Assembly (NCBI GenBank): GCA_050942955.1
Contig: JBMNOG010000001.1
Span: 4,347-68,346, forward strand
Length of the DNA: 64,000 nt
Origin: Patescibacteria group bacterium
GTDB lineage: Bacteria; Patescibacteriota; Microgenomatia; UBA1400; UBA1449
Reading direction: 5' to 3'
Every line of letters begins with the position of its first letter. The first letter of the stretch is position 1. Under the pieces are notes generated by a model that ran no database searches, was not told where the DNA came from, and worked only from the letters and a program-made list of their open reading frames with translations. Made by a program: the position numbers and the translations under genes. Positions 27,858 to 35,290 of the stretch are shown here, piece by piece.

Positions 27858-28565
27858 ATGCAATCTTTATCTGCCCGGACAATGTATCTCTTACTTGCCT
27901 CAGCAATTACATTGCTGTTTTTAGGTACAGGCATCTTTTACGTTTTTGATACCAGCAAAACTTCCGAAACACCGGCACCAACATTAGTGGCAGACAGTAA
28001 TTCTGAAAACATCCAAGAAACTACAGTAGAAAATGAAACATATCCTGAAGAAGAGGGAGTAACTGAAACTGACCAAGTTATAGATGTTACAGTAGAAAAA
28101 GAGGATACAAAAACACCGGAAATTGAATCTGTTACTACTGAATCTATTCAAAGGGCTTTAACTATTATTGGCTGCTATGACGCATGCGACTACAGTTATC
28201 AGTGCCCTGATGACCTGGAGTGCCTTGAGATTGAAGGAGTGAAAAGATGCGTAAATACAACCTGTCCCAATGACACAGCCTGTACTTGCGAGAATGTTCA
28301 ACCGGAAACCTCTACCAGCAAAGTAGCCGGCGTTTTTACCCAGGAAACAATTGAAGATGAGGAAGAAGAGGTTGCTGGTGTAGGTGGGTTTATGGATGAA
28401 AGTGAGGAGGAGGCTGATCCTACTCCTAGCCCAACAGCCAGCGCATCTGCCTCAAAAACTTGGAATCCTAAGCTACCTAAGGCCGGAGGAGAGGAATTCA
28501 CTCTTCTGGTACTAGTTATGGGAGTAACTCTCGCCGGAGTCGGCGTAGCCTTAAAAAGGGCATAG
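27858..28565 (+). CDS. Acidic, Cys-rich surface protein with LPxAG-like C-terminal sorting signal
   Basis: N-terminal TM; 8-Cys module; LPKAGG followed by a hydrophobic stretch and KRA tail. Confidence 0.65.
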   Translation: MQSLSARTMYLLLASAITLLFLGTGIFYVFDTSKTSETPAPTLVADSNSENIQETTVENETYPEEEGVTETDQVIDVTVEKEDTKTPEIESVTTESIQRALTIIGCYDACDYSYQCPDDLECLEIEGVKRCVNTTCPNDTACTCENVQPETSTSKVAGVFTQETIEDEEEEVAGVGGFMDESEEEADPTPSPTASASASKTWNPKLPKAGGEEFTLLVLVMGVTLAGVGVALKRA

Positions 28566-28623
28566 TTAACCTTCTAATTCCCTTTTTCTCTTCATACTTG
28601 CTACAATAGATTTGTTTATTCTT

Positions 28624-28968
28624 ATGCCTAACACTATTAAATCAGCTTACACTCTCTGCAATAATCTTACAGAAGCAGTCTGGTATGTAGTTCAATTCTG
28701 GAGTGTATTTGCCAAAACAATTGTTGGTAATCAGCTTCTGAATTCACTTGATAACATTTCAATAAACCTGGCAAAGGCAGGTAAAATCAAAGACTCAAAC
28801 AGGCAGATACTGTTTCTAGGTGATGCCGCTGAGTACTTAATTGAAAGTTTCGTCTGGATAGATAAAGCCAGAAGAAGAAGTCTTTTTAGTAAAGAAGAGT
28901 ACCAGACTTTCTATCTACAGATGGAAAAGTTGGAAACATTGCTCGATAAGAAACGGAAAAGGAAATAA
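28624..28968 (+). CDS. Divergent four-helix-bundle protein (23S rRNA IVP-like family)
   Basis: L...VW.VV..W..FAK.IVG.QL..S.D.IS.NLA pattern; canonical AEG replaced by AKA. Confidence 0.65.
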   Translation: MPNTIKSAYTLCNNLTEAVWYVVQFWSVFAKTIVGNQLLNSLDNISINLAKAGKIKDSNRQILFLGDAAEYLIESFVWIDKARRRSLFSKEEYQTFYLQMEKLETLLDKKRKRK

Positions 28969-28969
28969 T

Positions 28970-29248
28970 CTAAAGCCCCTTGCCACATTGCCCTTGGGCA
29001 AAAAGAATCGGATCACACCCATAGTTTTCCGGAAGTATACAGTAGGTGTTTTTTGTCCCATCCTCATCGATCCAATCTTCGTAGTGACCGCCCTTCTCTT
29101 CACAGTAACGCTTTGCTTGTTCAGGGGTTGGTCTGACCCGTCTCGCCGCTACTTCCTCGTGAGTGGGTATAGCTCCTGCCTCTGGCTGGCAGCCAGCTAA
29201 AAACACCACAGATAGTATTAGTAGAATTATGTTTTTAGCCCTTAGCAT
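28970..29248 (-). CDS. DUF333-like lipoprotein
   Basis: Lipobox LAGC; A..YCEEKGG...YCILP...C..F..G.C. Confidence 0.75.
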   Translation of the reverse strand: MLRAKNIILLILSVVFLAGCQPEAGAIPTHEEVAARRVRPTPEQAKRYCEEKGGHYEDWIDEDGTKNTYCILPENYGCDPILFAQGQCGKGL

Positions 29249-30311
29249 TCTCAATCTCCGCAATAATTTCTTTTGCAATTGCAATATCAACTTTGCGCGG
29301 TTTAAAGCTATCCGCTCGGGGAATAACGTGCAGTCTCTTCATCTCCTTTAAGATTTTAAAAGCAGTCAGGTAATTCACCTTCAGAGTCTCCTGAAGCAGG
29401 GTAGTGGTTAGAGCGTTTTTTGAAATTCCAAGCTGCAGGGCCACCGGAAAGAGGAGGAGGTACTCTTCGTTAGTTAAGTACTTGCCAAGCTTGCGTTCCT
29501 CTTTTGCAGGATCAGCCACATTAACTGAAACTTCTTCCTGAATCCGTACCAGAGTCGGCATATTGGATTGGGATCCATTAGACATGCCTTCTTCAGGGTT
29601 AGCAGTCGGAGCAGAGTCTACAGTCTCTTCCAGTTCTTTCAGTTTTTCTGCCTTAATATCTTTAACCGGTTCATCAAAATCCAGTCTACCCACTCCTTCT
29701 GCAGGAGTAAATGCACTCATTGGCAAAACCTCTTCCTTATCAAGCTTTTCCAAATATTCCACAAACCCGTCAATGGTACTGTCATATTCTTCGACCAAGG
29801 GGTGCTTCCACGTATCCTGCAGCATCATACAGACCTGATCTTCATACCAAAGGACTTCTTCAGGACCAATAAAAAAGCTTTTAAAGTAGAGCAGGCCGTA
29901 CTCCTGTACCATCTCCATGAGAATCTGTAGATTGTGAAGTTCATTGGCAACACAAACAGCCTTGACTTCCCAACCGGCTTTTTCAACCGTACTAACAAGA
30001 CGAAGCCTACGTTTCTCCCACTTATTTTTGCTTTTTGCCCCTGTCTCTAAAGTCAAAGCTTTCACAATCCCAAAGACTTTATCACCGCAAGCTTCCCTTA
30101 GTTCTTCCGGAGAGCAGTCGGTATAATTTAAGACGTCATGACAAAACCCTGCCGCCACAATATCTTCAGAGAAACCAGCTTTGGCGAGAATGGTGGCTAC
30201 TGCAGCAAGGTGTGTGAAATAAGTAAACTCTGTGTTTTGACGGAGCTGTTCCCGATGCCAATAGCTGGACAAACGGATTGCGTTCTCAACAACAGAAGAA
30301 AAATGGGCCAT
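29235..30311 (-). CDS. Degenerate RelA/SpoT-type (Mesh1-like) HD domain fused to a C-terminal FtsK-gamma-like winged helix
   Basis: H..Q.R...YFTHL.AVA.IL, HDVLNYT, ANELHNL; C-terminal TTTLLQETLKVNYLTAFKILKEMKRLHVIPRADSFKPRKV. Confidence 0.7.
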   Translation of the reverse strand: MAHFSSVVENAIRLSSYWHREQLRQNTEFTYFTHLAAVATILAKAGFSEDIVAAGFCHDVLNYTDCSPEELREACGDKVFGIVKALTLETGAKSKNKWEKRRLRLVSTVEKAGWEVKAVCVANELHNLQILMEMVQEYGLLYFKSFFIGPEEVLWYEDQVCMMLQDTWKHPLVEEYDSTIDGFVEYLEKLDKEEVLPMSAFTPAEGVGRLDFDEPVKDIKAEKLKELEETVDSAPTANPEEGMSNGSQSNMPTLVRIQEEVSVNVADPAKEERKLGKYLTNEEYLLLFPVALQLGISKNALTTTLLQETLKVNYLTAFKILKEMKRLHVIPRADSFKPRKVDIAIAKEIIAEIENAKG

Positions 30312-30394
30312 ACTTCTAAAATAGCAAAGCTACTATAAAAAATCATGAGCTACTGTACTGTTTCTGAAATTTGGCAGCAACTTTAGATTACACT

Positions 30395-31570
30395 TCAGTC
30401 ACCGATAATTACCAGTTCCTCTTCAGCTCTGGTAACAGCAGTATACAGCCAGCGTTTCCACTCTTCATCTCCCATATGGCGGTTGCGCTGCTCAAAAACA
30501 ACCACGCGCCTGGCTTGGCTTCCCTGTGCTTTATGTACAGTAATGGCATAACCAAAATCAAAAAGGTCTCCGATATCTTTATACCCCAGTCCCTTCACTT
30601 CAGTCAGGGTTGAAGGACTGTCAAACTGATAAGTGGAAATTTTTCCAGAATAGACAAGTCCATCATCCATGGCAATTTCCGCCAAGTACCAGTGAGGGTT
30701 TTTACTTGAGTCATATTCCGGGCAAATGGAGTTAATTACCCCCAACATACCGTTATATATCCCGCTTTGCCAGTTGTTTTTGAGGCAAATAACCCGATCT
30801 CCTTCCTGCGGATGGAGAGAGTAGTAACCTCTTTGCGCCCGAATTTGCTGATTCAGTCGGATACGCATAGTGTTTATTCCCACTAAAAAGAGCGAGTCTT
30901 CGTTCCAGGATTCAAGGAGTGTTTGCATAATGTTGCCAATATCTGTGTCTGTGCGGTGATGTTTGACTACCTTTTTCCCATACACACCCACCGGAATTTT
31001 CCCTGTTTTTCTAACATGTTGAGACAGTTGGATAATCGGGCTACCTGCAGCCTGCCTATGGATCTGCTCAAGAGTTATATCCGGAGTTTTCATTAAGGAA
31101 AAATTGTCGCTAATGGGACTCAACTGACCATGATCACCTACAGCAATGATTGGCAGATGGAAACTTAAAAGGTCTTGCCAAAGAGCTTTACTGACCATCG
31201 AAGCTTCGTCAACAATAATGAGATCAAAAGGAACGTGAGTCCGGCGCACCCAGCCCAACATCTGGCCTTTTTCATCCACTTTAACCTCGTAAATAAGGCT
31301 ATGAATAGTGCCAACCTTATCATTCTTAAAAAGAGCTTTCTGAGAAGATAAGCTCTGCTGAAGTACCTGGCTAGCTTTACCAGTGAAAGCGCAAAAACTC
31401 ACCCGCAATTTGGGGTAATTATCATAAAGTTTCTGGCGCAGAACCCCCAATAGGGTAGTCTTGCCAGTACCGGCATATCCCCCTAGAGAAACATGTTGTT
31501 TTACGGGTGCCTTAACCCACTCGAAAAGTTTTTGAAGCGCCTTGTTCTGGTCTTGGGTTAAGCTAATCAT
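30395..31570 (-). CDS. SF1B DNA helicase (RecD/Dda-like)
   Basis: LTQDQ, GYAGTGKT, TIHSLIY, DEASMV, GDHGQL, QIHRQA, YAITVHKAQGS, LYTAVTRA. Confidence 0.93.
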   Translation of the reverse strand: MISLTQDQNKALQKLFEWVKAPVKQHVSLGGYAGTGKTTLLGVLRQKLYDNYPKLRVSFCAFTGKASQVLQQSLSSQKALFKNDKVGTIHSLIYEVKVDEKGQMLGWVRRTHVPFDLIIVDEASMVSKALWQDLLSFHLPIIAVGDHGQLSPISDNFSLMKTPDITLEQIHRQAAGSPIIQLSQHVRKTGKIPVGVYGKKVVKHHRTDTDIGNIMQTLLESWNEDSLFLVGINTMRIRLNQQIRAQRGYYSLHPQEGDRVICLKNNWQSGIYNGMLGVINSICPEYDSSKNPHWYLAEIAMDDGLVYSGKISTYQFDSPSTLTEVKGLGYKDIGDLFDFGYAITVHKAQGSQARRVVVFEQRNRHMGDEEWKRWLYTAVTRAEEELVIIGD

Positions 31571-31665
31571 GGAAAAGTCTATTTATAAAAAATAGCGCAG
31601 AGAAGAGTATAGCAGACACAGAGAGAAGGAGTTATCTTTCTTAAACTCAAACCAGAATGATTTTG

Positions 31666-31736
31666 AGCGGGTGAGCGGAATCGAACCGCCTTCTTCTCCT
31701 TGGAAGGGAGATATACTACCGGTGTACTACACCCGC
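31666..31736 (-). tRNA. tRNA-Gly(TCC)
   Basis: GCGGGTGTAGTACACCGGTAGTATA TCTCC-CT TCC AA-GGAGA AGAAGGCGGTTCGATTCCGCTCACCCGCT. Confidence 0.95.
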
Positions 31737-31774
31737 ATACTTTTAAGTTCTTTTTGCCTGTTAACATTTTACTA

Positions 31775-31884
31775 GGAGATATTCCGTTTTGCGGGTGAAC
31801 CACTCCCGCATACTTAAAAAAATATTTACTTGTTAAACTCCTCGAGAAGGAAATGCACTGTTTTGCGAGGTGTTCTTCCCCTGC
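31775..31884 (-). repeat. Two degenerate tRNA-Gly 5'-half copies upstream of the gene (~74-nt period)
   Basis: Copy 1 (5' end 31809) GCGGGAGTGGTTCACCCGCAAAACGGAATATCTCC, with the same AAGTAT leader as the tRNA; copy 2 (5' end 31884) GCAGGGGAAGAACACCTCGCAAAACAGTGCATTTCC. Confidence 0.7.
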
Positions 31885-31928
31885 TTATTAAAACCTTCTG
31901 TTATATACCCACTTTTGGAGTTGTACTT

Positions 31929-32294
31929 TTATTCAGAATCTAGATACTCACTAAATTGAACTTCACCTTCTGACTCGGGTTTCAACGTCCGTATTATATC
32001 ATTTAATTCGTCTTTGCTTGTGGAGGTTAGTGATCCGCTACTTGTCACAGACTGGAGATTTTCAAAAATACTTAACTGATTCTGAATAAAAGGAGCTAGG
32101 GTAAAAGTTGAAAAGGCAATACTTAGAACCACCAGAATAAAAACTATAATCTTTATTGCCATATTCCAGTAAAACTGCGTGATTTGCAGTTGTAGCCATT
32201 TTTTAAAGAGTTTGTCTGTTTCAGGAGAAAGAGACTGAATAATGTTAGGCGGCTGGTCTTGATGGGCTGGCTGGTTGTTAAATTCAGGAAGCAT
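31929..32294 (-). CDS. Hypothetical single-TM protein
   Basis: 121-aa ORF with one hydrophobic helix. Confidence 0.6.
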   Translation of the reverse strand: MLPEFNNQPAHQDQPPNIIQSLSPETDKLFKKWLQLQITQFYWNMAIKIIVFILVVLSIAFSTFTLAPFIQNQLSIFENLQSVTSSGSLTSTSKDELNDIIRTLKPESEGEVQFSEYLDSE

Positions 32295-32376
32295 AGAAAT
32301 TTAGGTATTAGTATTAAAATACACAAAAAACCTCTTCCTTACAAGCAATGAAAAGCAAATTGGCAGATTTTGAGGT

Positions 32377-33459
32377 CTAAACATAAACAATGATGTTCCT
32401 TTTAGTGCTTCCCAAGTCTTCAAGTCGTACTTTAATAAATTGAACTCCCGTTTTCCTGCAGTAAGCTTCAATTTCTTCCAGATACTTGCTAGCCCATTCT
32501 ACAGCTACAACATTGTTTTTTCTCAGCATTGTGCTAAACCCTAGCTTTGACAGATCTTCAAACTTCTCTAACCTCCAAGGATCCAGGTGATAAAGTATGC
32601 CCTTGACTGAATGTCTTTCATAAGGATACTCGTTTACTAGAGTATAAGAAGGAGAAACTATTGTAGTCTCAACTCTTAAAAACTCCCCAATCCCTTTTAC
32701 AAAAATTGTTTTACCAACTCCAAGTTCTCCAATAAGACCAACTACTAATCCCTTTTCCCTTATATCATTCCAATGCTTTAGTATAAGAGTATGTGCCATT
32801 TTTTTAGTTTCATCTTCGGAGTGTGACAGTAATTCGACCTGCTTTTCTCCAAGATCAATACTACCCCTACGTAAAACCATAGTATCCACTAATGTAGTGT
32901 CTACCACAGTTGATGCCTCTCTTTTAGGTAACTGGCCTGCATCTATTAGAAGATCAAGCTTAACTTTTTGGCATTCTGAAAGAGGGGAGAGGATATCATC
33001 GATGGAGTAAGGTTTCTTTTGCCAGCTAGCGTTTGCAGAAGTAGCGGTGATGGGCCTTCTATACTTTCTTACCAAATCCATAGCGAAAGGATGGCTTGAA
33101 ATTCGTACTCCAATATTCCCCAATTCAGAGGCAACACCCTCTGCCAACTCTTCCTTAGCTTTTGAAACAATTGTCATTGGCCCAGGAAGAAAACGCTGGT
33201 AAAGCTTGTGAGCTGATTCATTAATGTAAACATACTTACTCGCAACCTTTTCGCTATCTACCAAAATTGACAGCGGCTTGCCTTCTCTTCTTCTTTTGTA
33301 GCTTAAGAGTTTATTAATAGCCGCTTGGTTAGTAGCGTCAGCTCCAAGACCATAGCACGTCTCAGTGGGATAAACTACCAATCCACCATTTTCCAAAGTT
33401 TGTACAGCTTTTATTAGCACTTCTGTTAGGTTACGCTTACTAAGTTTAATTATTTTCAT
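32377..33459 (-). CDS. tsaC-tsaE: TsaC (Sua5/YrdC)-TsaE fusion protein
   Basis: N-terminal YPTETCYGL, K.R...KPL, LPGP.T, TATSAN, STVVD; C-terminal GELGVGKT.FVKG, SPSYTL, YHLD.WRL, VEW. Confidence 0.9.
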   Translation of the reverse strand: MKIIKLSKRNLTEVLIKAVQTLENGGLVVYPTETCYGLGADATNQAAINKLLSYKRRREGKPLSILVDSEKVASKYVYINESAHKLYQRFLPGPMTIVSKAKEELAEGVASELGNIGVRISSHPFAMDLVRKYRRPITATSANASWQKKPYSIDDILSPLSECQKVKLDLLIDAGQLPKREASTVVDTTLVDTMVLRRGSIDLGEKQVELLSHSEDETKKMAHTLILKHWNDIREKGLVVGLIGELGVGKTIFVKGIGEFLRVETTIVSPSYTLVNEYPYERHSVKGILYHLDPWRLEKFEDLSKLGFSTMLRKNNVVAVEWASKYLEEIEAYCRKTGVQFIKVRLEDLGSTKRNIIVYV

Positions 33460-33517
33460 AATACTCGCTCCCTTGACATACGTATTATAAATCATTAGAT
33501 TGTATATAATCTTCTAT

Positions 33518-33916
33518 ATGGATAAAGTATTAGTCATTGATGACGATCCTCAGTTTACAGATATTGTAAAATTCCACCTCCAGAAATTAGGCATTGAAGT
33601 GTATGTTGCCCACACTAAAAATGATGTATTTGACCTAGCAAATCAACATAAGTTTAAGGTCATAATTTTAGACATTTTCTTTCCCAATAAAGAGGATAGT
33701 CAAGCACTCTTAAAACTAATAAAAAAGGATGAATTAATCAAGAATGTTCCTATTGTCCTTGTCACTTCTTTGCCCATGGAGTTTTTCCAGCAAGAAGGAA
33801 ATCTTGACCAGTATCTTCGAGATGTGAAGATGTTTGTAAGTAAAAATGAAGACGCGAAGACAATCGTAAGCCGGATTAAGGATATTATTACAGACCAGAA
33901 CCAGCCTTCTTTGTAA
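33518..33916 (+). CDS. Single-domain response regulator (receiver only)
   Basis: KVLVIDDD, IILDIFFP, PIVLVTS, FVSK. Confidence 0.85.
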   Translation: MDKVLVIDDDPQFTDIVKFHLQKLGIEVYVAHTKNDVFDLANQHKFKVIILDIFFPNKEDSQALLKLIKKDELIKNVPIVLVTSLPMEFFQQEGNLDQYLRDVKMFVSKNEDAKTIVSRIKDIITDQNQPSL

Positions 33917-33948
33917 AGATTTCATGTTATAATTAACTTCGTTCATTT

Positions 33949-34041
33949 GGGTTCTTAGTCAAGGCAGTAGAGTGGTTCGCAATCAAGGCAGTCGCCCCGA
34001 TTGAAGCTCATGGATCAGTTGGCTAGAGCGCTTCGTTGACA
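33949..34041 (+). repeat. Two degenerate tRNA-Val 5'-half copies upstream of the gene (~54-nt period)
   Basis: Exact 27-nt copy TCAGTTGGCTAGAGCGCTTCGTTGACA (34015-34041 = 34069-34095); distal copy GGGTTCTTAG-TCAAGGCAGTAGAGTGGTTCG at 33949; extended -10 TGTTATAAT at 33925. Confidence 0.85.
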
Positions 34042-34057
34042 GTGAAAATCTTAGTTC

Positions 34058-34134
34058 GGGTTCGTAGCTCAGTTGGCTAGAGCGCTTCGTTGACATCGAA
34101 GAGGTCACAGGTTCAAGTCCTGTCGAACCCACCA
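34058..34134 (+). tRNA. tRNA-Val(GAC)
   Basis: GGGTTCGTAGCTCAGTTGGCTAGAGCG CTTCG-TT GAC AT-CGAAG ... GGTTCAAGTCC ... CGAACCCACCA. Confidence 0.97.
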
Positions 34135-34164
34135 AAAATCCCACACCAAAAGTGTGGGATTTTT
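34134..34164. terminator. Bidirectional intrinsic terminator
   Basis: AAAAATCCCACAC-CAAAA-GTGTGGGATTTTT. Confidence 0.85.
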
Positions 34165-34183
34165 ACTTCCTTGTGTAACGAGC

Positions 34184-35203
34184 TTACTTGAATGGAGTAG
34201 AGTCACAGTTGTTATTTTCTTCACTACAGCCCAGTTGAATCCACTCATAAAATGTTTCCGGATCACCATTTATTGCATAAATCACCTTATCTACAGTTCG
34301 GTAGTGCTTTATAGTCTCTCCAACTTGAGCTAAGAATTCTTGACTACCACAGCTAGTGCTGGCATTTGGAATAATGTTCCTAATATCTTTTAAATCGACA
34401 TAGGCAGTCCTGCCTTCAACCCTTACACTTTGTAAAATCCCTCTGGTTTTATCAGAAAAAAAGGAAGTATAGCCCTGTTCTTTTTCACTTTGTGTGGGTC
34501 CCATAAAGAGCTGTTCCAAAGCAGCTTTGATAGTATCTTCTGTTCCGGGAACTATTCTTTCCGTACCAAAAACAATACCACACTCTGTTGGTTCCTGATT
34601 TCTTCTGGAGTTATTAAAGTAAACTACCACAGTTTTTGGGTTATTCGGCTGAGCTACTTTCTGGGCTACCGCTTGGCAATTCACATCAGTAATTTTCCAC
34701 TCACCAACAACTTCTTTGACTATAACTGGCACAACACGACCATTGCCTGAAAAGTTTTGAACAAGGTTCACAGTTACAGTCGTTTTGTCTTCAGAAACAA
34801 TATCAGTTTCAACAGTGAAACCGGAAGGCTTATCCTGAGCACAAAGAAAAGGGTCATAGCCACCTTTATCAAAAGAAGCGATAATGCCATCTACTTTGGT
34901 ACGGAATTCTTCGCTTAAGTAATCACTTGTCTTGTAGGCTCCACTGCTCATGACATTGCCTTCGTATTGCAAGTACCAACTGTAAAAAGCTTCAACTATT
35001 TCCTCAGGTGAATTGCCATTTTTAATAAGTTCCCCACAACTGCCACTGGGTCTGGGATCGCTAGGTTTACCATGGGCTACCCACTGGCCATTTTCACAAA
35101 TCCAAACATCTTCTTTACCTCCAGCTATAAAACGGAGACTTACAAACAATCCGGTAAAAATTAAAATCACTAACAGAAAAAGAGCAATAACTTTGTTTTT
35201 CAT
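34184..35203 (-). CDS. Exported protein with DUF3828-like and GerMN domains
   Basis: N-terminal TM; EDVWICENGQWVAHGKP; PEEIVEAFYSWY..YDPFLCAQD; AALEQLFMGPT..E...G and TAYVDL. Confidence 0.8.
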   Translation of the reverse strand: MKNKVIALFLLVILIFTGLFVSLRFIAGGKEDVWICENGQWVAHGKPSDPRPSGSCGELIKNGNSPEEIVEAFYSWYLQYEGNVMSSGAYKTSDYLSEEFRTKVDGIIASFDKGGYDPFLCAQDKPSGFTVETDIVSEDKTTVTVNLVQNFSGNGRVVPVIVKEVVGEWKITDVNCQAVAQKVAQPNNPKTVVVYFNNSRRNQEPTECGIVFGTERIVPGTEDTIKAALEQLFMGPTQSEKEQGYTSFFSDKTRGILQSVRVEGRTAYVDLKDIRNIIPNASTSCGSQEFLAQVGETIKHYRTVDKVIYAINGDPETFYEWIQLGCSEENNNCDSTPFK

Positions 35204-35268
35204 AGTGTTTCACCACCTTCCACACAAGTAACTTTTATAACAATGGTTGCATAGTAAAACAATCGGAG

Positions 35269-35290
35269 TTGACTCAATTTGACTCAATTT
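35269..35290. repeat. 10-bp tandem repeat TTGACTCAAT x2 upstream of the GerMN gene promoter
   Basis: TTGACTCAATTTGACTCAATTT overlapping the stop codon of the wHTH gene. Confidence 0.6.

Noticed and set aside
28624-28968. Four-helix-bundle protein as the Avd of a diversity-generating retroelement or an rRNA intervening sequence
   Set aside because: No reverse transcriptase, TR/VR repeat pair or rRNA gene in the window
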